A DNA stretch of 64,000 nt from Desulfatiglandales bacterium (GTDB taxonomy: Bacteria > Desulfobacterota > DSM-4660 > Desulfatiglandales > Desulfatiglandaceae): the NCBI GenBank assembly GCA_963662465.1, contig OY759599.1:7328001-7392000 (forward strand), in the 5' to 3' direction. The notes beneath the pieces were generated by a model that was not told the DNA's origin, did not search any database, and saw only the letters and a program-made list of their open reading frames with translations. This document shows positions 55,764-64,000 of this stretch, in pieces. The position numbers and the translations under genes are program-made. How positions within the stretch are numbered: position 1 is the stretch's first letter; each line of letters begins with the position of its first letter.

Positions 55764-56785
55764 ATCGATCCGACTTCAATTACAACGCCCTTGGCGGGAA
55801 AAATGTACTTATCACAGGTGGGCTTGGATTTATCGGAAGCAGTATTGCACGTCGTTGTGTTCAATTGGGTGCAAGGGTTACGTTATTGGATGCCTGCCTT
55901 GAACCTTATGGGTGGAATTATGCCAATGTCGAGGGAATTAGGGAAAGCGTTGAAATCGTGGAAGGCGATGTGAGAGATTTTCATCTGATGGAAGATCTGG
56001 TATCCGGTAAAGAGATCGTGTTTCACATGGCTGGTCAGGTCGGCAGAGAGATTTCTATGGAAAAACCTGTTTTGGATATGGAGATAAATTGTGCTGGGAC
56101 AATCAATTTGCTCGAGGCGTGTCGCAAGGGAGTTCATCACCCGAAAGTTGTTTTTGCCGGATCCCGTGGCCAAATTGGGGAACCGCTCTATATGCCTGTA
56201 GATGAAAAACATCCTGAAAACCCAACCGATGTTTATGGTATCAACAAAATGGCGGCTGAGAGGTATCTGTTTTTGTACGGGTCGTTATATGGATTTCCCG
56301 TGGCATCGTTGCGCCTAAATAATATTTATGGGCCCCGCTGTCAGATGCATGCCGGTTTTTATGGTATTCTAAATTGGTTCATGTCCAATGCTATGACGGG
56401 GAAACCGATAACGATATATGGAGAAGGTCGCCAGACCAGGGATTACCTTTACATATCCGACGTGGTGGATGCTTTTATCCGCGCAGCGGTTCTGGAGGAG
56501 GCCGATCAAGAGGTCTTCATGGTGGGGTCAGGTGTAGAGACGGTGTTTGTTGAAATGGTGAATGAGGTGGTGCAAGCCACAGGGGAGGGGAGGGTGATTC
56601 ATGTCAAGTTCCCTGAAAATCGGCAAAAGATTGATATTCAGAGATTTGTTGCGGATGTGGGTAAAGCTGAAATTATACTTGGCTGGAAACCTCTGGTGGA
56701 TTTGAAGACCGGCATTCGGGAAACCTATGCTTTTTATAAAAAAAATGGGGTTCTGGAAAAATATCTTCACCACCGTTCAGAATGA
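55760..56785 (+). CDS. NAD-dependent epimerase/dehydratase
   Basis: TGGLGFIGS, YGINK, RDYLYISD. A TTG start after AGGAG is assumed. Confidence 0.9.
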   Translation: MNRSDFNYNALGGKNVLITGGLGFIGSSIARRCVQLGARVTLLDACLEPYGWNYANVEGIRESVEIVEGDVRDFHLMEDLVSGKEIVFHMAGQVGREISMEKPVLDMEINCAGTINLLEACRKGVHHPKVVFAGSRGQIGEPLYMPVDEKHPENPTDVYGINKMAAERYLFLYGSLYGFPVASLRLNNIYGPRCQMHAGFYGILNWFMSNAMTGKPITIYGEGRQTRDYLYISDVVDAFIRAAVLEEADQEVFMVGSGVETVFVEMVNEVVQATGEGRVIHVKFPENRQKIDIQRFVADVGKAEIILGWKPLVDLKTGIRETYAFYKKNGVLEKYLHHRSE

Positions 56786-57828
56786 ATCAGGGAAAAGATT
56801 ATAATCGTTTCTTTATAATGACGATTAAAAACCTAAACAGGGGGGGAGGGGTTCATTTGACCATAGCGGGTGCTCATGCAAAAGAACTGGCAGGCAGCCC
56901 ATATGCAAGCGTTGTCATGCCTTGTTATAATGCGCGAAAAACAATTGCTGCTTCGCTGGATGCCATATTCAATCAGCAAGTTGATTTTAAATATGAGGTC
57001 GTTATTGTTGACAGCAGCGATGACGGAACCGACGATATTATTCGCAGCCGTTTTCCGCAAGTTCGCCTTATTCACCTCAATCGATTAGAAATGCCGGGTT
57101 CCAAGAGAAATCTCGGCGTGCGTTATGCGAGAGGGGAGATTGTTGTTTTTACTGATTCGGATTGCATTCCGGTCCCTGACTGGTTAACTCAAATAGCCGC
57201 GTATCACCAAAAAATCGATACGGAGGGCATTGGGGGATGCGTGATTAATGGATACCCCGCCAGCCTGGCTACATGGGTCAGTCATTTGATAGAATTCAGT
57301 GAATGGACGGAAAAAACACCCAAAGGATATGTTAGAAATAATCCGTCATGCAATATTTCCTTCAAAAGGGAAATGTTCCGGAAACTCGGTGTTTTTTTTA
57401 CGGATACTTTTCCTACGGAGGACACGCTTTTCAATTGGACCGTGCATGAAAAAGGGGGAAGAATATATTTTACACCGAGGATCCGCGTGGTTCATATGAA
57501 GCAAGTGAAAATGCGTGATCTGCTTTCTTATCAGGTTGAAATGGGCAAGGGTGCCGCTGAGGCCAGGCGAATTTCTACTCTTCCAGGTAAAATATTTACA
57601 AAATACAGTATCTTGTGCTTAGGACTTCCGTTTATTAGGTGGGCAAGAGCAACTGTGAGGTTTGCCAAAAATGATTTGAAAACTTTGTTGTTGTTTTGGC
57701 TTTTGACTCCTTTCTATTTGGCGGCTACCGAGGCCTGGAGTGTGGGTTTTATGACCCCTAAGCGGTTTAGAAAGACAACCTATGAGGTAGAGGGTCCTCT
57801 GTTGGATTCGACTAGCCTATCAAAATAG
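56782..57828 (+). CDS. Glycosyltransferase family 2
   Basis: SVVMPCYN, VDSSDDGT, FTDSDC, ED. Confidence 0.88.
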   Translation: MNQGKDYNRFFIMTIKNLNRGGGVHLTIAGAHAKELAGSPYASVVMPCYNARKTIAASLDAIFNQQVDFKYEVVIVDSSDDGTDDIIRSRFPQVRLIHLNRLEMPGSKRNLGVRYARGEIVVFTDSDCIPVPDWLTQIAAYHQKIDTEGIGGCVINGYPASLATWVSHLIEFSEWTEKTPKGYVRNNPSCNISFKREMFRKLGVFFTDTFPTEDTLFNWTVHEKGGRIYFTPRIRVVHMKQVKMRDLLSYQVEMGKGAAEARRISTLPGKIFTKYSILCLGLPFIRWARATVRFAKNDLKTLLLFWLLTPFYLAATEAWSVGFMTPKRFRKTTYEVEGPLLDSTSLSK

Positions 57829-57941
57829 ATATGAAATCAAAATATCCTTCCGAGATGCATATCGGAAGCAGCCCTTATAGAAGGGGCTGATCAATTAATT
57901 TGGCAGCCCATAAGATCAGCTGCTCTTTTCATGCTTTTTAA

Positions 57942-59171
57942 ATGAATAAAGCCGTTTCCGGTTCATTCTATCTTTCATTGGCCCAATGCATATTTGCCAT
58001 TTCTGGATATTTGGTTAATATTGGCTTGGCGCGTGTTCTAGGGCCTGAAGTATACGGGCAATATGGTGTTACGATTTCGGTTCTCGTGTGGTTGGAGATT
58101 CTTCTTTCTACGGGTCTCTCAACGGCTACCACTAAAATGGTTGCTGAGAAATCCGAGTCGGCTGGAAGCATCGCCTGGTTGTTTTTGCGGTATATGGGCA
58201 TATGTTCTCTGATATTATTTATCGTGGTCATGGGACTGGGGGGATTTATGGCAAAATGGCTTTCCGATGAGCAATTAGAGATTTATATTCGGATAGCCGC
58301 AATCGACCTGCTTTTTTACGGTTATCTCAAGATTTTAATGGCGGTACATAACGGGGTCAGAAAATATGCCGGAACCTCGGTTATCATCATTGTATATGCC
58401 ATATCGAAGGCGGTATTTATCTTGGGGTTAGCGGGTTTCGGATTTTCTATTGAGGGGGCGCTTGTCGGCAATTTCATTGCGACCCTTATGGGGTTAATTG
58501 CTGGCTTTTTTTTAGTAATTCGACTGGATGATGCTCCCTTGGAAACAAAGGAGGTTATGCCCGCATTAAAACTCACTTTCCCTTCAACCATTTGGGCAGT
58601 GTGCATTATTTTGTTGATGTCAACGGATCTTTGGGTGGCCAAAGCGATCATTGGGGGGCAGCAGATTGGATATTATGTGGCTGCTGCTGCTCTCGCAAGG
58701 ATCGTATACCTTCTTTCAACCGGTATCAGAATTATCGTACTCCCGGAAATTTCAAAATTGATTGCCTGTGGTAATTATGGAAAGGCCAAAGAGTCTTTGA
58801 TAAGAATGACAATAGGTTTTTTGCCGGTGCTTCTGGGCTTGACGGTTTTTTTGAATGTTTTTTCAGAAAGGATAATTTCAATTGTATATTCAGTTTCTTA
58901 TAAACCGGCTGCCCCCTTATTGAGTATTATGGTTGTGGGATACTTTGCCCTGACTTATTGTGAGTTTTTTTCACGTGCTCTTACGGCTATAGGAAAGGTT
59001 TGGCATAGTGCGGGTATCTTTTTATTTATCAGCCTTTGCTCAATACCTATAAATATTTTTCTTATTAAAAAATTTGGTATTTTGGGGGCCGCTTATGGCC
59101 TGGTTATACTTAGCTGTATCGGCGCTTTGACAAGCGGTATCTTTGTTTTTCATGCTTTAAGATCACGATAA
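57942..59171 (+). CDS. Second oligosaccharide flippase (Wzx/MOP family)
   Basis: LARVLGPEVYGQY, about 12 TMs, FGILGAA. Confidence 0.85.
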   Translation: MNKAVSGSFYLSLAQCIFAISGYLVNIGLARVLGPEVYGQYGVTISVLVWLEILLSTGLSTATTKMVAEKSESAGSIAWLFLRYMGICSLILFIVVMGLGGFMAKWLSDEQLEIYIRIAAIDLLFYGYLKILMAVHNGVRKYAGTSVIIIVYAISKAVFILGLAGFGFSIEGALVGNFIATLMGLIAGFFLVIRLDDAPLETKEVMPALKLTFPSTIWAVCIILLMSTDLWVAKAIIGGQQIGYYVAAAALARIVYLLSTGIRIIVLPEISKLIACGNYGKAKESLIRMTIGFLPVLLGLTVFLNVFSERIISIVYSVSYKPAAPLLSIMVVGYFALTYCEFFSRALTAIGKVWHSAGIFLFISLCSIPINIFLIKKFGILGAAYGLVILSCIGALTSGIFVFHALRSR

Positions 59172-59243
59172 CTGACTTTGAGGCATGCGTAGGTTGAGGT
59201 CGTTCGTCTTGTGCAAAAATGAACCCAAAATTTTCCAGAAAAG

Positions 59244-60146
59244 ATGATGAGGACCCCATTTGTGAAGCAAAATTCAAATTATGCTATTGACTTTATTGGC
59301 GTAGGAGCGCGAAAGGCCGGTACGACATGGATTGCCGATTGTCTTTGGGGACACCCTGAAATTTGTATAAGTCAACCAAAAGAAATAAACTATTTCAATG
59401 AAATTCTGACTACCCTTCTCAATACTCGCAATAGGAACTTTAATAAATCCATGAAATGGTATATGCAGCATTATGCCCATTGCAGGGAAGGGCGGAAAAA
59501 AGGTGAATTTTGCGTCAATTACTTGAAGGACCCAAAGGCCGCTTATCGTATAAAGGACCTGTTTCCCGATGTGAAGATTATTATATGTTTAAGAGACCCA
59601 GTTGACAGAGCCTATTCTGATTATAACATGTTTCATCATTATGTATCCCGAGAAAAAACTGCAACATTTGAAGCGGCTATAGCAAAAAACCCAAATTATT
59701 TAAAATCAAGCTTGTATTTTGACGATGTGAAGAAGTTTATTCAACTATTTGGCAGGGAAAAAGTTCACTGTATCTTGATGGATGATATTAAAGTTGATCC
59801 AAAATCCGTTATATTTAATCTTTATGGTTTTTTGGGTGTGGCTCAGGATTTTAGTCCATACGCAATTAAAGGAGCTTCAAATGAGTCCAAATATGTAAAA
59901 TTTAAATATTTTGGAAGATTTGTTTTTCATGTCAAAAGAATTATGGTCAGGCTTAAACTCAATTCATTGCTAGAACTGATGAAGATAACAGGGATGGATC
60001 AGAAGTTGATGCAAATTGGTTCAAAAGAATATAAATTTGGAAAGGTCAATCTCTCTACGAGATCGGCCCAGATTGGATACTTTCTAAAGGATATCGAAAA
60101 GCTTGAGTCATTGATGGATAGGGATCTTTCGGTATGGAAAAAGTAG
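59244..60146 (+). CDS. PAPS-dependent sulfotransferase
   Basis: GARKAGTTW (5'-PSB), KEINYF, LRDPVDRAYS (3'-PB). Confidence 0.9.
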   Translation: MMRTPFVKQNSNYAIDFIGVGARKAGTTWIADCLWGHPEICISQPKEINYFNEILTTLLNTRNRNFNKSMKWYMQHYAHCREGRKKGEFCVNYLKDPKAAYRIKDLFPDVKIIICLRDPVDRAYSDYNMFHHYVSREKTATFEAAIAKNPNYLKSSLYFDDVKKFIQLFGREKVHCILMDDIKVDPKSVIFNLYGFLGVAQDFSPYAIKGASNESKYVKFKYFGRFVFHVKRIMVRLKLNSLLELMKITGMDQKLMQIGSKEYKFGKVNLSTRSAQIGYFLKDIEKLESLMDRDLSVWKK

Positions 60147-60190
60147 GATGAGGGTGGATCGATAAAAGGGTGACTGAGCATTTGTGAAAG

Positions 60191-60964
60191 GTGACGCGTG
60201 AATCTATTATCGTTTTTTCAGTGAAGGTTGAGGGTTTATTGGTGGCCAACTATTCTCTTAGAGATATTAAAGTCCTATATGCAGTGTATTTAGGGTATAC
60301 TCCCCCATCTTTTTGGGCGTATGTCAAAGAATCTGTTGTTAAAGGGGCTCTTGGGTGGATACCGGGAATTGTGGGGGTTTTCGCAAGGAACTTTGGATAT
60401 CGTTTTCTCTTCAAAAAAATCGAGGGATTGGCGGTGATTCTTCAAGGCGTTGATTTCAGGGGGTGTCCTTCCATTTTTCTCGAGGATAGGGTCAAGCTCC
60501 GAAAGGGCGTCAGCATAAGGTCTTTTTACTGTCATAACACCATCCATTTAGGGCGAAACAGTTCAGTTCATGAATACACCATCATTAAGTCAAAGGGGGG
60601 CGATATTTTTATTGGGGAAAACACCTTTATTTCCTCGTTCGTGAATATCTCTGCGGTTGGGAATGTCTATATCGGGAAAAATGTAATGTTGGCTAACGGC
60701 TGTCGAATCGAAACAGGAACACATGGTTTTGGGAATTTGAATCATCCCATAAAGGAACAGAAGGTCGAGTCGCACGGCATCAATATTGGAGACGATTGCT
60801 GGTTGGGAGCAGGGGTAAAGGTTATGGATAATGTAACAGTGGGCCAGGGATCGGTTCTTGGCGCTGGTTCTGTTGTCACAAGAGATGTCCCTCCCTATTC
60901 GATTGCAGTTGGGGTGCCTGCTCGGCTGATAAAAAAAAGGGACGGGGAATTTTTGGAGAAATAA
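60191..60964 (+). CDS. Hexapeptide-repeat O-acyltransferase
   Basis: IGDDCWLGAGV...GAGSVVTRDVP...GVPAR. Start is uncertain. Confidence 0.88.
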   Translation: MTRESIIVFSVKVEGLLVANYSLRDIKVLYAVYLGYTPPSFWAYVKESVVKGALGWIPGIVGVFARNFGYRFLFKKIEGLAVILQGVDFRGCPSIFLEDRVKLRKGVSIRSFYCHNTIHLGRNSSVHEYTIIKSKGGDIFIGENTFISSFVNISAVGNVYIGKNVMLANGCRIETGTHGFGNLNHPIKEQKVESHGINIGDDCWLGAGVKVMDNVTVGQGSVLGAGSVVTRDVPPYSIAVGVPARLIKKRDGEFLEK

Positions 60965-61009
60965 AGTCGTTTATGGCTTTATTTTTTTTGGTTTCTGTTA
61001 GGAGGAACA

Positions 61010-62044
61010 ATGGAAAAGGCTCAATTAAGAACCCTTGTTAAAACGGGGCTGAGGCTCGCTAGATCTTTTATGTATTATTCAAATTTTTCACCCTTGCCGT
61101 TCAGGATTCAAGTGGATCTTACGGATCGGTGTAATTTTCTATGCCCTACCTGTTCAAAATGGAAAGTCAAGCCTGGGATAGAGATGAGTTCTTCGGAATG
61201 GCGAGAAATATTCATGAAGTTGAGAAACAAAACGTTGACGGGGCGTATTTCCTTTGGGGGTGGAGAGGTTACGCTTAGAGAGGATCTTTGCGATTTAATC
61301 CGATATGCAAAAGATGCCAAGTTAAGTGTCTCAATGGTTACAAATGGGTTCCTATTGACTGATGAGATGCTTCATGAATTTGAAAAGGCCGGACTTGATA
61401 GCCTGGTCATATCCCTCAATGGCGTTAATAGAGATACTCATGACCCAAGCCGGGGAATCGACGGTAGTTTTGACAGAATTATGTCCATATTATCCAGAGT
61501 CGACCGTTTTAATCTGAAAATCAATATCGAAACCATCATTCTGGGAACAAATATTGAAGAAATTATACCCCTTGCCAGGATGGTAAAAGAGAAAAAATTG
61601 TATGGTATCCATTATCAGTGCTTTGTAGATGTTGGCGCCCATTATGCCCTGATCAAAGATAAAATGTCGGATGTGCCCGATGATTGGTATGAGAAAAATG
61701 AATTTTGGATAAAGGATCCAGCAAGGACTGCCGCAGTGATTCGGCAATTGATAGATATGCAGAGTAATGGCTATCCGATATTGAACCCAACGGATCAGCT
61801 TAAAAAGATGATACAATATTATACGTCTCCACAAAGTGTAAAGGAGTTGAAGTGCCTAGGGGGAATTTCGACATTTTATGTAGATCCTTATGGAGAAGTG
61901 AGACTGTGTTACGGTTTTGAGTCCATTGGGAATATAAAAGACAGCAAGCCGTTGACATTGTGGAATTCATCTAAAGCGAGGGAGATCAGGAGAAAGACCA
62001 AAAAATGTGACAAAATGTGTCGATTATTGAACAATAATTACTGA
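61010..62044 (+). CDS. Radical SAM protein with a SPASM/twitch-like C-terminus
   Basis: CNFLCPTC, GGGE, TNG, C.GG...G.V..C...C...C; AGGAGG SD. Confidence 0.9.
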   Translation: MEKAQLRTLVKTGLRLARSFMYYSNFSPLPFRIQVDLTDRCNFLCPTCSKWKVKPGIEMSSSEWREIFMKLRNKTLTGRISFGGGEVTLREDLCDLIRYAKDAKLSVSMVTNGFLLTDEMLHEFEKAGLDSLVISLNGVNRDTHDPSRGIDGSFDRIMSILSRVDRFNLKINIETIILGTNIEEIIPLARMVKEKKLYGIHYQCFVDVGAHYALIKDKMSDVPDDWYEKNEFWIKDPARTAAVIRQLIDMQSNGYPILNPTDQLKKMIQYYTSPQSVKELKCLGGISTFYVDPYGEVRLCYGFESIGNIKDSKPLTLWNSSKAREIRRKTKKCDKMCRLLNNNY

Positions 62045-62111
62045 AAGTTCGCAGAACGAGAAAAACTATTCCGGGTTCTTTTGTATCGAAGAACAGGAAC
62101 GGTGTAAGGAG

Positions 62112-63023
62112 ATGGATATGATAAGCGTAATTGTTACAACTCAAAACCAGGTCCATCAGGTGGAATCATCGATCCGCTCAATTGTTAATCAGGCTTTTGA
62201 GGAGGACTACGAAATTATCGTCGTTGACGATGGATCAACCGATAGCACCGCTGGTGAAATAAGAGATGTATTCGGACAAGATATCAGGATCATTGAAAAA
62301 GAGATAGCCGATGGCTGGCTGAAATCTCTTTCAATTGGTTGCAGGGAAGCTTCCGGAGAATTGCTGGTTGTATGTGATCCCCATTGTATTGTAACACCGA
62401 ATTGGCTTGAAATTATCTCTCGGAGTTTTCGCTTGGATCCAGCGCTTTCAATTATGACGGGGCCTGCGATTCACGGGGATCGGTTCATGCAAAAATTGTC
62501 GGCATTGACCTTCCATTCCCAATTTACATCACAAAAAAAGGAAAATGTACCTTATATTTTTGATGATAATTTTGCCATAAGAAAAAATGTGCTGGCGCGA
62601 TTGCTGTCGAATCTGTCTACGATACAGACTGTGAATGATGGAGTCGGTTGCGCACTTTTATCCTCTCAGGCAAAACAACAGGGAATCCCTGTTCTCTATG
62701 AACCTCGAATGGCCGCGTTTCACGTATCTCCCGACTTTAAGGGGTATCTATATGAATGGAAGGCCGTTACCGCTGAGAATACCATTGATATCCGATTGCT
62801 CGATCCGACGGTTCGAGGTGCAGGCTTATTGAAGCATCTGTCTCTGGCCCCTGTTATATACCCAACGGTTCGGGTCCTCTTGGACGTCAGGAACGCCGTG
62901 CGGTATAAAAAGGTATTGGGGTTGCGTTACAGGGAATTACCATTTCTTTTTATGGCCGATATCATCGGGAAGATCTGGTATTGTCGAGGCCTGATCAGTG
63001 TCATTCAAATGCGAAGGAAATGA
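62112..63023 (+). CDS. Glycosyltransferase family 2
   Basis: ISVIV, VVDDGSTD; DPHC in place of DxD. Confidence 0.8.
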   Translation: MDMISVIVTTQNQVHQVESSIRSIVNQAFEEDYEIIVVDDGSTDSTAGEIRDVFGQDIRIIEKEIADGWLKSLSIGCREASGELLVVCDPHCIVTPNWLEIISRSFRLDPALSIMTGPAIHGDRFMQKLSALTFHSQFTSQKKENVPYIFDDNFAIRKNVLARLLSNLSTIQTVNDGVGCALLSSQAKQQGIPVLYEPRMAAFHVSPDFKGYLYEWKAVTAENTIDIRLLDPTVRGAGLLKHLSLAPVIYPTVRVLLDVRNAVRYKKVLGLRYRELPFLFMADIIGKIWYCRGLISVIQMRRK

Positions 63024-63138
63024 TGTTCAAAATGTCTATGATCCAATTAATTGAAATCCATTAAATTTAATCTGACTATTAAAAAGAAGATATTGGATAA
63101 TTTTTTACAAAAAAGGAAATCGTTCACAGTAAGTCATC

Positions 63139-64000
63139 ATGGGAAAAACATTCATCATTAATCGTCTTGTTTCAGTTAAGAAAAAAATCTGTTTGGCGGC
63201 CTTTTTGCTTATTGTGCTTGGTCCTCATGTAAACTTGGCGGCAAAAGCTGAATCTGATATCTTGAGTAAGCAGGCGGAGATCGTATGGTCGCAGTTTGAT
63301 GGGCAGAACCGTGAGATTTATTACAGCTGGTTAACTGATTCCGGTTGGTCAGATGGCTTAAAGTTGTCCGACTCTTCGGAGACCAACATGATGCCCTGTG
63401 TATGTTCAGGAAATGATGGGCTTAGCTGGGCCGTTTGGACTACCGATCGTGGGTTGGAAAGTGATCTTTTTTATGCTTATTCAAACGCAGGAAAATGGGT
63501 TGAACCCATTAAAATCTCAACTGGTTTAAGGAATAATGTGGCGCCCTCAATGGTTTTAGATCAAGAGAACAGGCCTTGGATTGCCTGGTCCGGCAGTAAG
63601 GCAGACGGCAAGGGCAGTGATATCTTTTGCTCTTGGTGGAATGGGAGCGCTTGGGAGGAACCGTTGAGGGTGAACAAGCCGGACGCTACACCCGATATTA
63701 TGCCGCTTATGGGTATAGAGGGAAATGTTCCCTGGGTTTGTTGGTTTGGTTTTGATGGGTCTAGGTATCGGGTTTATTGCAGTCGTTGGTCTTCCAAAGG
63801 GTGGAGCGAGGAAATTCAGTCGGAAAATGGTGCTCTTTATGATCTTTTGATGAAGATGGGGGAACAGCGCATGATCCCACCGCTTCCAGGAGGCATAACA
63901 GATCCGGAAAAGGCTTGTGTCTATGTTCGGAATGAGGGCGCTTTAAAATCCATTCCAATGCGGTATTTTACGCTCAAGGATCTGCTCGGCATGGCAGCGC
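63139..64000 (+). CDS. Exported hypothetical protein with Trp-rich beta repeats, 3'-truncated
   Basis: Not in the ORF track (no stop in the window). MGKTFIINRL...signal-like stretch; repeated W(I/V)xWS...(D/E)I(Y/F)..W...W motifs, propeller-like. Confidence 0.7.
   Translation, partial: MGKTFIINRLVSVKKKICLAAFLLIVLGPHVNLAAKAESDILSKQAEIVWSQFDGQNREIYYSWLTDSGWSDGLKLSDSSETNMMPCVCSGNDGLSWAVWTTDRGLESDLFYAYSNAGKWVEPIKISTGLRNNVAPSMVLDQENRPWIAWSGSKADGKGSDIFCSWWNGSAWEEPLRVNKPDATPDIMPLMGIEGNVPWVCWFGFDGSRYRVYCSRWSSKGWSEEIQSENGALYDLLMKMGEQRMIPPLPGGITDPEKACVYVRNEGALKSIPMRYFTLKDLLGMAA

Noticed and set aside
57866..57930. Imperfect hairpins between GT2 and the second flippase as an ncRNA
   Set aside because: Pairing is short and imperfect; at most a weak terminator.

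Overview
This window is probably from an anaerobic Desulfobacterota-type (deltaproteobacterial) genome; that is an inference from hdrB and the gene and IS repertoire. After hdrB, a Zn-ribbon gene and a SEC-C gene, almost all of it is one + strand surface-glycan locus (2029 to beyond 64000). The locus combines a Wzz/Wzx/Wzy pathway, a Wzm/Wzt ABC pathway with a coiled-coil methyltransferase, a PglC/E/F-like amino-sugar module, CDP-6-deoxyhexose genes (rfbF, rfbG), about 12 glycosyltransferases, an O-antigen-ligase-like protein, a sulfotransferase, a radical SAM enzyme and several secreted proteins. It is heavily invaded by mobile DNA. (1) A nested stack at 5300-14757 has IS5-type ends around an IS701-like remnant and an unclassified, possibly Rep_trans-like transposase gene; that gene is split by an ISNCY-like IS, which is itself split by a 4.7 kb IS21 element carrying Zn-finger, HTH and ParB genes. 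(2) An IS5-family element contains a 246-bp MITE. (3) There is an intact IS4. (4) An 83-bp miniature element occurs once empty and once filled by a REP doublet. The pglE-like and pglF-like genes carry in-frame 7- and 8-nt repeat insertions and G/T-skewed codons, and the pglF-like gene is followed by a decayed, synonymously diverged second copy of its own 3' end. No rRNA, tRNA or CRISPR array was recognised.
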